The notes under the pieces were generated by a model, which ran no database searches, was not told the DNA's origin, and saw only the letters and a program-made list of their open reading frames with translations. A stretch of 63,508 nt of DNA from Chara braunii (lineage: Eukaryota; Plantae; Charophyceae). Location of the stretch: contig BFEA01000036.1 in the NCBI GenBank assembly GCA_003427395.1, positions 3,344,640-3,408,147 on the forward strand. Direction: 5' to 3'. The position numbers and the translations under genes were made by a program. This document shows, in pieces, positions 26,676 to 39,168 of the stretch. Every line of letters begins with the position of its first letter. The stretch's first letter is position 1.

Positions 26676-29182
26676 TGCTTATGTGGTTCGTTAATGTGTT
26701 TGGCTTGTTTGTGTCGGTTAAGGTTGAGGAGCTGCATCCTGCTTCATCCTCACATGGGTGGAGATGGGACAGCAACTCGTCTTCCCCCATTTTGAGCACT
26801 CCATCCTTCACCAAGGAGGCTAGTGCTGTTGCATTTTGGGACCAAGTTGTTTCATTACCCACAGCTGTGACAGGTAGAGCTGCCATCCACCACCAGGGTC
26901 TCCACTGGAAGCCCTCCGCGAGTTCTGTTTCTTGGTCGCAGCATACTAGGATTGGCCTTGCATCGTATGGACTGGGGTTCTTCCCTTCCTCTGCTTCAAG
27001 CATGTCAATTTGGCCGTTCTCCCCTTCATGTGGGTCTTTTCCTACTAATCCCATAATCCTAGATCCCTTTCCCTTACAGATTTTGCTCAGTAACACCTCC
27101 TTCTTTTGTCCCTTTTGCAATCTAGGAATTGTCAGGTCGCTGCAAATTGCAACATTCCACCGTTCTCTCTCTGGGTCAAATTGTATGGGAATCACTGCTC
27201 GGGATGGTAGGAGCGTGCTTGCTTCCTTTCTCGCTCTTTCCCAGAATCCAGCGTGTGCTTTGAGGTGGAGGTCATGCACTGTCATCGTGCGCAAAGACAT
27301 TTCTTTGTTTAGATCGAAGAGTCTTTCGCATTGCGCATAGAGTGCCTCCTCTTGAATACCCAACAAAGCTATGTGGTCACTTCCCTGGTTGGGTTCTGTT
27401 TGCCCCAGTTGCTCCTTTTGTCCATTCAGAGTGAGTGTAGGCCTGTACTTGGGTAGTTTGGATCCGCCAGTCTGCAACTTCTCCTTGTCAGGATTGCTAT
27501 TACCATCATCAATTTCCATCTCCTGATTCTCCTTTGTTGCACTATACTTTTCTGCCAGGAGAGCAGCCAATTCTGCCTCTCTCTCCAAGGGAGCGAACGG
27601 ATTCTCCGTGAGAGGAATGGCTTGCGTATGGTTGGTTGCCGCAGCTGCTTGCCTGTTTCTTTGTTCCTCTCTATGTAGGATCAACTGCAGGTCATATTTG
27701 TCCTGCCTTTCTTTCTCAAATTTCTGTATGAAGCTCAGTATTTCGCTTTCCTGTCGCTCAGACCACGTGTAATGTACCTCCTCTTCCCACTCTTGTTCCT
27801 CCGCTGCTTCATCTCTGTCACAAGCCCCTTCTCGATGTTTTCTCTTCCCCCCCACTGCAGGCGGCTGGCTGTCCGTACTAATTTCACCCGGAGGGGTGTT
27901 CGTCCCTTCTTCCTGCTCTGTCCCAGCCGTGTTTTCCCCTTGTCCCTGCCCTGTTTTGGCTTTCCCCTTTTGTGTCCTTCTAGTGTAAGTCCTTTGTTTT
28001 TGCGGGTCCTCTTTGTTTCTTTCCAATTCTTGGTTACGCCAGACTGCTTCTACCCATTTCTTTTCAGTGACCTCTTGAATTAACTGCAGATCCGCACGCA
28101 GATCTTTCTCCCAAATTTCCTGCTTTAATGTGTCCACATTAATTGTCGGATCACTGGTGAAGCATTTGGCGGATTTCTTCTCCACTTTCAAGGTTTGCCA
28201 TCTGCTGTCATACAGCGGGTAGACGTCTGGTCGGGGTGTTGGATCGCTATCCAGCGTCCAGACCCAGTCCGTAGTTTCCAAATTGTCATTAAAGACCCAT
28301 CCTGCGTATTGTGCACTCGGGATGTACCAGTATCCTTTCTTTTTCGCTACCTCTTGTATGTTCGCTGTTTTGAGCGGCTTGGGCTTAGCATTCTCTCTAA
28401 CCTTGGGGCAGCTTGAGTCCGTTCCCAGGCGCCCTCTCTGTCTGCATTTGAAGCAGAGAGGGTTGGATTTGCTGGACACCGTAATTCTGATGATTTTGCT
28501 TTCATGCTCGAAGAACCATTCTTCGGGAGTGAAGGGGGCAGGACTGTTTCCTGTGTCCAAGATCACCGTCATTTGATTGTGCTGTGGTGTGAGAAAATCT
28601 GGGGTAGATACTATCTAGTGTGATTCCTTGCAGTGTCCATATTCCATTTTCACCCTTTCCTTGACGCAGTCGTGCATTCCTTCCGGCACATTGTCAAATT
28701 GCATCCAAAAATGCTTTTTTAACAGGTCCTGTCTGTATTTGAATGGTGTTTGTTGATATCCCAATGCTTGTTTCCAGGGGTGAACTGTAACCACCGACGA
28801 ATTGCATGTGAAACATTTGTTCCTTAGGAAGGTTGCCAGAGCCTCCTCCATACACAACACCATGATGACGTTCCGTGACCTTGGATGAAAGGACACCTCG
28901 GGGTCTGTTCCCTTGATTGGTTCCGGGCTCTTCAGTTTTTCCCAGATCCATTTCAGCTTAGCTTGTATGTCTAGCTCCCGACTCTTCTTTGCGAATGTGA
29001 AGAGTACAGCGTGTTTTTTGTGCAACTCTTCCTGCTTAGCGGTGAGTTCCTTCGAACATTGGTAGATTACTACCTCTTCTTGATTGTTTCCTCCCTGATC
29101 AATTACTTCGGTTATTTTGGTAAGTGATGTCCTTGTTTGTTCGGCTAGCCAGTTCTGTGTTTCGATTCCCCTGCCTTCCATT
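26605..29182 (-). pseudogene. LINE ORF1 (interrupted near 28600; zinc-knuckle remnant CFKCRQRGR)
   Basis: ORFs 28615-29748 (likely start MEGRG at ~29182) and 26605-28572, directly upstream of the endonuclease. Confidence 0.8.
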
Positions 29183-29279
29183 TTCGTTTGTGATCCTTGT
29201 TCGCTGTCCCAGTGTTGGTTTAGTGACTGGACGGGCAAGATGCGAGAGGTGAGAGCTCGGTCTGTGGAGAGGTAATCCC

Positions 29280-30830
29280 GTGTTGCTCGCCGTGTGGCCT
29301 GGGTCAGAGGGGAGGACCGTTGAGGGTGGGGATCAGACGGGGATATAGTTGTGGTCGGGGCAAGGGTGGGATCGATATAGGAGGAGTACTCGGGATCGGG
29401 ACGGAATAGATTAACGAGGGGGTCGGGATTGGGGTGGAGCGGAGGGTGACTCGAGATGGGTGTAGGATGGAAGCTCGGGAGAAGACAAGGGATGTGTGAG
29501 TGTGTGGCGAGGTGAGATCGCAAACCAGATGGGGGCAAAAGGGCTGGGGACAAATTCGGGATATGATCGGGGAGGCTGTGGGAGTTCCGTAGACTGAATA
29601 AGGAGGGATGGTGGAGAAAGGGAGGGGGAGATGATATGAGGTGACGTGGATGGGCCGGGCGGACTGAACCTGGTTGAGGTGGGGGTGCGAGGCAAAGTGT
29701 GGGGGTCTGGAATGGAGTGGTATCGAATTGGGAGTAGGTTATGATCAAGTCGGGGTTGGGACAAATTTGAGTCTGTGAGGAGAACGAGATCGGGACTGAA
29801 ATGGGATCGGAATGGGATCGGACGGGGGAGCGAGTGTGATTGAGATTAAGATCGTGAAGGGGACAGGGATGAGACTGGGAACGGGATTGTGGTGGGGACG
29901 GGGTGGGAACGAGTATGGATCTGGATCAAAATCGAGGTGTAATCGAGGTGGCGGGGGGGAGGTCGGTAGTGTGAGGAGGGTAAGAGGAGGGCGGGGGNNN
30001 NNNNNNNNNNNNNNNNNNNNNNNNNNNNNNNNNNNNNNNNNNNNNNNNNNNNNNNNNNNNNNNNNNNNNNNNNNNNNNNNNNNNNNNNNNNNNNNNNNNN
30101 NNNNNNNNNNNNNNNNNNNNNNNNNNNNNNNNNNNNNNNNNNNNNNNNNNNNNNNNNNNNNNCAAGGTGGAGTGGGGTGTTTCGGGAAAGGGATAGGATG
30201 CAATCCGGAGTGGGATGGGATCTACTCGGGGTGGGATCTGCTCGAGAATCAAGTGGAATTGAGACGGGGGCGGGGTAGGATGGGGGTTGTGTATGGGATG
30301 GAATCGGTATAAAGACGTAAAACGAGGTCGGGTTGGGGGCGTTACTCGCCGTGTGGCCTGGATCAGAGGGGAGGACCGTGGAGGGGGCGGGGATCCGACG
30401 AGGATAGAGATGTGGTCAGGGTAAGGGTGGAATCGAGGCAGGAGGAATACTCAGGATCGGGACGGTATAAATTAACAAGGGGGTCGGGATCGAGGTAGAG
30501 GTGGAGAGGAGGGTGATCCAAGATGGGTGTGGGTTGGAGGCTCGGGCGAAGACAAGGGATGTGTGAGTGTGTGGCGAGGTGGGATCGTGAACCAGTTGGG
30601 GACTAGTGGGCTGGGGACAAACTCGGGATATGGTCGGAGAGGCTGTGGGGGTTCCGTAGACTGAATAAAGGGGGAGGTGATATGAGGTGACGTGGATGGG
30701 GCGGGTGGACAGAACCTGGTTGAGGCGGGGGCGCGCGGCAGGGTGGGGGGATCTGGAGTGGAGTGGTATCGAATTGGGAGTAGGCTATGGTCCAGTCGGG
30801 GTTGGGACAATAGAATTAGGATCGAGATCG
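29280..30830. repeat. Internal ~500-bp duplication in LINE 5' region (~29280-29770 vs ~30340-30812); second pair ~31560-31680 vs ~32030-32175
   Basis: The near-identical spurious peptides MSQPRLDH... from both copies reflect a DNA duplication. Confidence 0.85.
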
Positions 30831-33325
30831 GGATGTGAGCGGGGACGGGAGCGGGGGCGGAATCGTGGTAGGGACGGGCTCAGGGACGGGAGCGGGGACG
30901 GTATCGTGGCGGGATCGGGATAGGATCAAGATTGGGTTGGGATCTAAACCGGGATGTGCTCGCGGTAGAACGATCGTGTGAATATAGGGGAGAGTAAGGG
31001 GCGGGAGAGGGGGAGGTGAGCTGTGGTTGGAAGAACCTTGGATGGATTGAGGGAGATGTGGGGTGAAGTCGATCGGGTTGGGGCCGGAGTAAGGTCGGGA
31101 TCGGCGTCGTAACTGAGTAGGGGTGGGGAAGGGGGTTGGGATGGGGTTGGGTTCGGGGTGGGGACGGGGGTCAGACAGTACCGAAGTTGAGGTTGGGTCA
31201 GATATTGTTTGGGTACGAGGTCGGGATGGGTAGTAAGAGGCGGAAGCTACAGTGGGGCCGTAAGGTAAGGGGGGGCAAGCTCGGAGATGGGCAGAGATAT
31301 GATTGCTGGAAACTGGGCGAGTAGTGCGCATAGAATGTCACTAGTGTGGCGAGTCGGGAGAGTGGAGAAGGGTAAAAAAAAGGGGGTTTGGTGTTGTCCA
31401 GCGCTCACTTTATTGTATTCTGGTAGTACAGGGTTATTCTGGCGCCGCGAATTGTTGACCTCGTATGCCCGTCTGTTGTTGTCCTTTCCTAATCTTAGTA
31501 GCGCCCCACTTCACTTCGTTGCGTCACCTTCCCTCGTCGTTCCTCCTCCCTCTTCTCCCTTCTCCTCTTTTCTCTTGCTAGGTTGCGGGTGGCCAGGCCC
31601 GTAGGCGTGGCGTCGAGTGGTGTGTGCCTTTTCCTCGTTTCCACGTTCTAAATTCGTATTCGAAGCGTGATGATGTGTGCGCGTGGCGAGAGCGTTCGTC
31701 GTGTCGCGGGCTTCGCAAGTTGACGCAGTCTGTACGTAGCTCAACTTGTGTTTCTCTCCTTTTGTCTTTTCCCTACCCTCCCCCTGCTCGCGCTCGTACT
31801 CGAACCCGAAGGGTGGTCGTCTCTTCTTTTGTCCTTTCCTTTTCTTAGTTATGTCTCCCCCTCCCTTCTCTTTCCCCTCTTCCACTCTCTTCAGGAAACT
31901 TGTTTGTGCTTCTTCCTTTCACCCCCCGTCGTTGTTGTCCTTTCCTGTACTTAGCTGCACCCCACTTCTCTGTTGTTCTCGTAGTCGTCGTTGTTCCTCC
32001 CTTCCTTCCTGTACCTCCCCTTTCTCTCTCCTTCACTTCCTGTCGTTTGCTTGATTGTGAGTGGCCACGCCCGAGGGCGTGGCGAGGTGTGGTGCACTCT
32101 CTGCTCTCAGTTTCCCGCCCTGCTACTTCGAATTCGAATCGCGATGAAGCGTGCACGCGATGAATCGTGATGCTACGCGCGCGCGGTGCGCGCTTCCGCG
32201 CCGAGTGAAAAATTCACCGTGGCGCGGTCGCGAAGTTTAGCGCTCGGAATTAGCGCTAACCGGTCCGGCGCTAGCGCAAAAAACCTGCGTCTGACCGATT
32301 CTAAAAATTGATAAAAATAAAATAATGTCCGGCAAGTCACTTGAGCTACTGTTCAAGAGGTATCAACATCATTTACACAGACTGAAAACATAATCTAAGT
32401 CTACTTTGATTAGTTCACTTACAGCAACTTCAAAGAGAACTGACTATGGTAGAACATTACAGTCCTAGTCTAAGTTGTCTGTGAGGTGCTGGCAGTCTAA
32501 CAACCAACTAATCAAAATAAAAAAACACTATGTGAGTAGATGTATGCACAATGGGTATAGTTGTGTTTGCCAGTTGAGTCTCAATTGGAATCTTCCTCCC
32601 CTATATCCAATGTGCGTGTAGGCATTATCAAGCGGCAGTGTCTAAGGTGTGCATTAGCGGCCCACCCCTATGCCCAAGGCGTATGCTTATGACCAGACCT
32701 GCCCCATTCTTTATCCTCGCGTGCAACGAACCTTACGTCTGACTGATCTGGATGATCAAGAGGCAGTTTAAGGACAGCCCCCACGGTCTTGAGGAATTAT
32801 TTAACGTCGCAATCAGGACGACGATATCAGCCAGTGGACAGTTCAGACCCCCGCCAGAAATATTTCTAGACGGTCTGGATAACGTCTGCATAGGACTGGT
32901 CAGTCCATAGACCCCTTCTATCAGCACAGCAAAAAGCCTTCAAAGGACAAAGCAGCATGGCCTGCGTGTACTACTCCCATGAGTTGGCATGGTGACCGTG
33001 ACCCATGCTTCGACCAGGGCCCTTCAGAGGCACCACCCTCTCCTGCCAGATGCGCCACCGGGGAGAATGTCGTCTCTCGAGGTAGAGCGCTCAGGCTCAA
33101 TTCGACTTTGAAGACCAATGTACATGACGTCAACACCATAGCCGACCTCCCTCATGCACCAGGTATGTATCTCGTCTCCCCTTATCAGACCCTGAACACC
33201 CACACTCGCCTCCTTCCTGAAGACCACCGATCGCCCCTTACCCCCTAGCGCCCTGCAGCCCGGCTATGGCTGCCTGCGCTCCGCTGCCCAGCAGAGCCCC
33301 TGTCACCTCACAAGCGCCCGCACGT

Positions 33326-36300
33326 TGTGGGGAAAACCCGGGGAGGGGCTACCTGCTGCTCACGGAAGCCATGAGCCATGGCGCCTGTCACTTCGCCGTG
33401 CTCGCTTCAGAGGTCCTCTGCGAGCAGCGGGGATCTGGGCAGAAGTTGCCTTGTCACGATGCCTGATTTTCTATTCCCTTTCTTCTTTATTTGATAACTT
33501 CACACTGCAAAGAGTTTCATTCAGTCAACCGGTAGATCAACAGGTTCTGGCAATGATAATTCTCACTAGTGAAATAGTGTATCAGCTGGTTCAGACAGCA
33601 ATCAACTTCGATGGCCAAGGGATTAAACAGCTGGTTCAGACAGCAGCGAAGTTCATTAGTTAAACCGTAAATCAGCCAGTTCCGTTGATGATGAGTTTCA
33701 AAGACCAACCTGCATTTTGCTCGGTTCAGACAGCAATGGACTTCATTCGTTCTACCAACAGATCGGCTGGATTAGTCAACAACGAGTTTTCAATAGCCAA
33801 CAGGGTAGTCAGCGGGTTCACAGTGTAACGAGTTTTGATGTTCAAGCAGTAAACCTGCGGGTTCGAACAGCAATGAGTCCCGACTGCTAACTTGCTGTTC
33901 CCCCTCTTCCTCTCTCGTGCTGCTCTTTCTCGCCGTTTCCTCTCTTTGTTGTCTCTCGCTCTTCTCGTTCCCTGATCTCCCTCTCTCTCTGGCACTCAGT
34001 CCGCTCTCTCTCTCTCACTCAGTCCGCTCTCTCCCTGTCTCCCAGCTCTCTCTGTTCCAATCTCTCCGTTCCCTCTCTTCCAATCTCCCCGCTCTCTCTC
34101 TCTCCCTCGAGATTCCCTTTTCTCCACGCGCAGCGATACCACTGGATAAGAGCAAGCGACTCAACCCCCAAAAAAAAAAACTTCGTAAATCACTTCATGG
34201 ACAAGCTTGGCTGAATCAGCGAATTTACTTATCATCCCGCTTTTAAGCGAGCCCAAGCGTCTGGAGCGAGCAAGTTCCCACAACTAGTCAGGAGTGAGAA
34301 TTGTCCTTGTCAAATCCGGATTTAGCAATAAAAATAAAATAAAATAAAATATCAAAAAAAAGATGGAACCTCACATATTTATTCGCGATCACCAGTTCAC
34401 CCGGAACGGTGCTCGTGCCCGTTTACATGGAGTAGGAACCTCGAACAGCTCTCTAATCTGTTTCTCAACGTACAGCCACGGCCCGCTTCAGTCGGGTCTC
34501 TTGATGGTTACTCAATGACCAATCACTCCGCTGGCTCTCGTGTGACCAGCTGTTTCGACAGTTACTCAGCAAACAAACCCTCAACAGGCTCTTGGGTGAT
34601 CAGAAGTTCCCTTGACGGACACTCGGTAATCAATCACCCAGCAGGCTCACGAGTGATAAACAGCCTCCTTGCCAGATACTCCGTGGCCAATCACACAGCA
34701 CGCTCTCTTGTGACAAGCAGGCCCCTCATCAGATACTCAGTGGCCAATCACACAGCACGCTCTCTTGTGACAAGCAGGCCCCTCGTCAGATACTCAGTGG
34801 CCAATCACACATCACGCTCTCTTGTGACAAGCAGGCCCCTCGTCAGATNNNNNNNNNNNNNNNNNNNNNNNNNNNNNNNNNNNGCAGGCCCCTCGTCAGA
34901 TACTCAGTGGCCAATCACAAAGCACGCTCTCTTGTGACAAGCAGGCCCCTCGTCAGATACTCAGTGGCCAATCACACAGCACGCTCTCTTACTTATTCAG
35001 TGGTTCAGCCTGCTTCCTCCAACAGTCTCCGACTTTCTCACTTTGACATTTTCCGTTCTTCCTCCATTAACCCACTTTCTCTCTCTACTCTCGCACACAC
35101 TCCCGCCTGCTCTCTTTCTTGCTCTCGGGCTCAAGCCAAATTTGGCACAAACTCGAATGTACCTGGTCACTCATTCAAGTTAGATGCGCGCCCCTGGAAA
35201 TGCCCCGTTCTCTCCGTCACACGCCCTTCCCAATGTACTCGCCACCTCTCCCCGTTCCTGGATCATAGATCACGGGCCATGAGTATGCCATGCACAGTCC
35301 TCTTTCACCGTGTTTCAATTAGCTCCCACACACTGTGCACGCCTGGTAAACAGGCTTGTCGCGTAGAGACTCCAGATGCTGGGCACTTATCCCTCATTTC
35401 ACCGAAGAGGGCTGTCTCGCTTTCCCTCTCCCGGCGATCCGAGCCCTCCGTATGCTAAGCCAGCTCTATTGAGGGCGACGTACGCCTAGCACGCCGGCTA
35501 ACCTCCACAGCCATCTCCCTTCTGAGCACGAGCACAGACTGCATTTCAGCGGCAAATGCCCGGCGTGCAACCCCGTGGCCCTTCTCCTCTCGCTGCTTTT
35601 ACCGGCTCTCACGCACTCAGCATGCCCTTTCCTGCCAGCACCGAATCGGAATGTGAGCTGGGAACGCCTGGCAAACTGTTTCCTCCCCTCACGCACGCGG
35701 AGTAACCGCCTGAGCGCGGATGCTTCTCCCTCGTGCTTGCTGTCGCGGGAACACCTTGTTCGCCCTGAGCTCTCTCCTCACTCCCGTGTAACCCTCTGAG
35801 CGCAGGTGTCCCCCACCCGGAGCTTGCTTGCACTCCGCAATAGCTAGACGCCAGGCACACCTGGCATGCGATCCCACTCTCTTCGTTGCTCTCCCCTATA
35901 TCCCTTTCAGTCCCGTGGCCTAACCGACCAGAGCCTTTTCAGAGAGCAAGTGCGCAGGAAGTAGTCCGACGCGCCATGGAAAAAAAATCAGTGGCACCGG
36001 TCCCACAAACTCGGCGTCCACAGTACCATGCACCAGCTTCGGTTCACTGGTGCGGACAGCTCCGATAAGTTTCGCATTGGTACCGAGCCGAGATAGCCCC
36101 CTGCATTCCCCCCTTTGCCATGGGCCCTAGCCGGTCAGCGATGCCTGAGCGACTAAGCCCTTAGGCCCGAAGTGGCCACGGCGTCGGAGCAGGGGACCCC
36201 ATGTGAATCCACCGGTACTGACAATATCTGCATGGTACCTTGCGAAGCCGTGTGGCCCTTCAGACCCTGCAGTACCAGCCTCATAGGACGCAGTAATCTT

Positions 36301-37905
36301 CAGGTAGCAGAATTAGTCCTTTGAGCCAGGCAAACTGAGCCCAATTCCACAGATTTGAAAAAAAAGCTCAGCGGCCAACTCCCCCTTAGTCAGCATATAT
36401 CCAAAAGGTTAACACTTTTATCTGTCGCTGACCACACTGTCGATAGAGAGCCCTTACCGGCAGTTGATGGTAGCCATCTCTGTCCAATCACTGGATCAAC
36501 GTGCGTAAGTGTCCCAGGCTAGTAGTGGTACCGCGAAGCGGTACGCCATGGGAACGCCGAATCAAGGAAGGTAAGAAGGCAGACAGAGTCTTTCAGCAGC
36601 ATTACCCATCCGTACCGTACTGAACCGAACCCCGAATAACAGCCTGTCCCGGATCGGAAGTCAACAAGTTGTGGCGTCACCATACCAATTTCGAACCTTG
36701 AACTAGCCAATTTGAACTTGTCGCGACCTTATACCTCAGTAAACCGTACCAGTCAATGCCAAACCCGGAACGCTCAGTCAGGCTCGCTGTAACTCATACC
36801 ATACTGAAGCCGAACCTGAAATAATCATCCGGGGTCCCCGTGACTCGTACCGTGTCGATACCGATCCAGTACCGAGCCTGAAAATGATGCCATACAGTGT
36901 ACCATGACGACGTCGAACCAATATCAAGCCTGAAACACGGCGGCCATCATTGAATCTCGAAAAACGTGAATGTCATCGAACCTCCCGGAACCATGTACCC
37001 GGACTAAACCAGATACCAGGGTCATACCATGTTAACACTGTCCCTATGCTGGCGATGCGGCCTTCTCTCGCACATTCAGTCGGTAAGGTTAGTGATCAGG
37101 CAAATAAGGTAAGTGACGCAGGGAATCTCGACCATCGGCAGTAGTGAAAACTGTTAGAATCTAGAGAAAATCATCATTCCGGGGTCAGAGCTGATGGCGG
37201 GTAATCAAGGCGAAATTAGGCCCATCTCCCAATTGTCATCGGTTCCCGTCCCTTTCATTGTTTTTAATCATTCTTCCTTTTTCTTAATTCTATTGTCGGA
37301 AATAGTAAAACAGCCGTATATTCCCCAAAAATAATTTCCGAGAACGTTTAAATAAATGGCCGAATTTCTTTTGTTTCTTTGCCCCTTTTCCATTTTTAAT
37401 ATTTTTCTATGTTTTTAAATTCATTGCCGGGATCATAAAATACAAGGGTTTTCCCCCTAGATTTAAATGCCGTGTAAAATATAGAAATTAAGGGACATTA
37501 TGTTTTTCCCTTCTCCCCTACTGGTCTTAATCCCTTTCCCCCATCTTTAATTATGGTACTAAAATAGTCAAAAATTTGAGGCCTCATTTCGGCCCGGTCG
37601 TATGCGGCAAAAACGTTGCGGGGAGGCCTGTTCCCGCGATGCCTCCTCGCGGCAGGCCAATCAGGCTCTAGCCCTCTGAACGGCCGGAAATGACGGTCTC
37701 TAGTTACGCCGAGTGCGCCCACCCATCTCGCTATCTCTGAGGGTTACTCGTAAGGTCCAGTGTGCCCAGAATCAGGGGTACCCTGAGTTCCCCTAATTTC
37801 TGTCGCCCGGTCAGACCAGAGTACCGTCAAAAGACGGACTTGCCCTTGAGCCTAAGTCCCAAAACCGTAGATTTCAGGCGGCGCACTGCTTGTGGCCGCC
37901 TGACA
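33326..37905. mobile_element. 4.58-kb TG...CA non-coding element D (probable solo LTR) inserted in the 5' LTR of B
   Basis: Starts TGTGG, ends TGACA. 4-bp TSD ACGT at 33322-33325 and 37906-37909. The uninterrupted site is visible in the other LTR (GCCCGCACGCGCCCTGG, ~4721-4737). Confidence 0.88.
34503..34990. repeat. 57-bp tandem array inside element D
   Basis: AGATACTCAGTGGCCAATCACACAGCACGCTCTCTTGTGACAAGCAGGCCCCTCGTC at 34674, 34731, 34788 and again after the gap; degenerate units upstream. Confidence 0.92.
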
Positions 37906-38828
37906 ACGTGCCCTGGCCTGCTAACGCAGCACACAACCTATCGGGCAGCAACGCAGCAGCATGACCGCAATGCCTGCGTGGGCCAGAATGCCTGACCCTG
38001 TCTGCCTCCTTCCCTATATGGCAGGGGCAGCCTCTGTTTGGTTTCGTGCAGCCTGGCTGGGAAGCTTCTAGTAGCTTCCGGTTGGGCCCTAATGCCTGCG
38101 CCCAGGCCCAGCTCTGCAGTTGAGGGCCTGGGCCCTTTACAGTTGGGCACGGCCTGAGTTTCCAGACTTGGGCCGTTTGCTGCATTTGCACAGGACCCGG
38201 GTTATGTATGTCGACAACGCTGCTTTTTCGTAGGCCTGTAGCCACGTCGTGATGTATCTGCCCTGCATTGTGTGTGCATGTGCCCAGGCGCAACTACCAA
38301 GGCCTGGGCCCAACTATACGACGCAGCTTAGGGAGGCTCACGCTTCCATTCAACCAACTGGCGTGCTGCAACTGCCTGAGTACCCACATATGGAAAATGT
38401 CAAATTTGGCCTCTAGTGAATATTCAGGCCTGCCTTCAGTTAGGGCAGGCATGGGGCTTGCTGAGGGCCTCTGCCCAGAACATGTGCATGTCTGATAAGG
38501 GCCCTGCGAGGGCTCATTCCTCGCAAGAGTCTATGAAGACAGAATAAGCTGTGGGCAAAATATGGGACAAGCCGTTGGGCCCCGCTTAGCCACAGATAGC
38601 AGATGCCTAATCCTATAGCACAACATGAGTGCAAGTGACGTTTCTCAGAAAGACATTTTTCTTGTAGCCGACCCTCCTATGCTCTCATCCTATAGCACAA
38701 CATGAGTACAAGCTTATGGTCAGGAACAAAGGTTATAAACCACTCCTACCAGCATCTCAAGCTGCCTCCAGGGATTGTTTTGCAAAAAAAAAAAAAAAAA
38801 AAGGGTTATGAACCGCCATGATGAGATG

Positions 38829-38913
38829 TAAAAACATGCTTGCTGGTAGTAAGCAACCGGACTGTTGCCCCCCAGAATAGAAGGGGCGTGGTTGGAAAAA
38901 AAAGAAAGAAAAA
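38829..38913 (+). mobile_element. 85-bp A-tailed retroposon (LINE-tail-like)
   Basis: 19-bp perfect TSD GAACCGCCATGATGAGATG (38810-38828, 38914-38932). A-rich tail; core AACCGGACTGTTGCCCCCCAGAAT shared with the LINE 3' end. Confidence 0.85.
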
Positions 38914-39037
38914 GAACCGCCATGATGAGATGGTTATCATCCGCATTCTCTTCCCGCCTTGCTTGCCTGTTTATGTTGTTTATTTAGCTCACGAACGAGC
39001 CAGCGTGATACTCTTGCCTCATATATGCCCCATGGTT

Positions 39038-39168
39038 GTTTTTGTTTTTGCAGAAGGGTGCACTCTCTGAGATAATTGTATCCATCTGAGTCATAATCGG
39101 GACTCGAACTCATCATCTGTTCATTTGCAATTACATGTGCCTACCATTCAGCCACACGGGCTGTTAGT
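39038..39168 (-). mobile_element. tRNA-derived SINE (~130 bp)
   Basis: Minus strand GCCCGTGTGGCTGAATGGTAGGCAC...TTGCAAA...GAGTTCGAGTCCCG gives A-box and B-box. (CAAAAA)n tail; CCATGGTT repeated at 39030-39037 and 39169-39176. Confidence 0.7.

Larger units (their letters stand above)
20981..32285 (-). mobile_element. Full-length L1/Tx1-like LINE inserted in the 5' leader of element B
   Basis: Poly(A) tail seen as T-run 20981-21007. 17-bp TSD TGCGTCTGAC(T/C)GATTCT at 20964-20980 and 32286-32302. Target reads TTTT|AGAA on minus, like an L1 endonuclease site. ORF1 and ORF2 present. Confidence 0.93.
4240..38525 (-). mobile_element. Ty3/Gypsy chromovirus LTR retrotransposon B (degenerate, host of four nested insertions)
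   Basis: Termini TGCAAGGAAT (4240) ... ATTCCTCGCA (38525) are inverted repeats. 4-bp TSD AGAG at 4236-4239 and 38526-38529. PPT AAGGGGGATGGAA (minus) abuts the 3' LTR at 5348-5360. Order gag-PR-RT-RH-INT-chromodomain on the minus strand. Confidence 0.85.
33092..38525 (-). repeat. 5' LTR of element B, interrupted by solo LTR D and lacking the U5 end
   Basis: High similarity to 4497-5347 on both sides of the 33326-37905 insertion. No match to 4240-4496. Confidence 0.85.
2633..38737. mobile_element. Probable outermost LTR-type remnant (solo LTR/non-coding element A) split by element B
   Basis: Starts TGTAAC (2633) and ends GTTATA (38737, decayed GTTACA). Flanked by AACCA at 2628-2632 and 38738-38742. 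Own sequence is 2633-4239 plus 38530-38737. Confidence 0.5.

Noticed and set aside
23309-27340. Long plus-strand ORFs (288 aa, 221 aa and others)
   Set aside because: Antisense shadows of LINE ORF1/ORF2 with no recognisable motifs.
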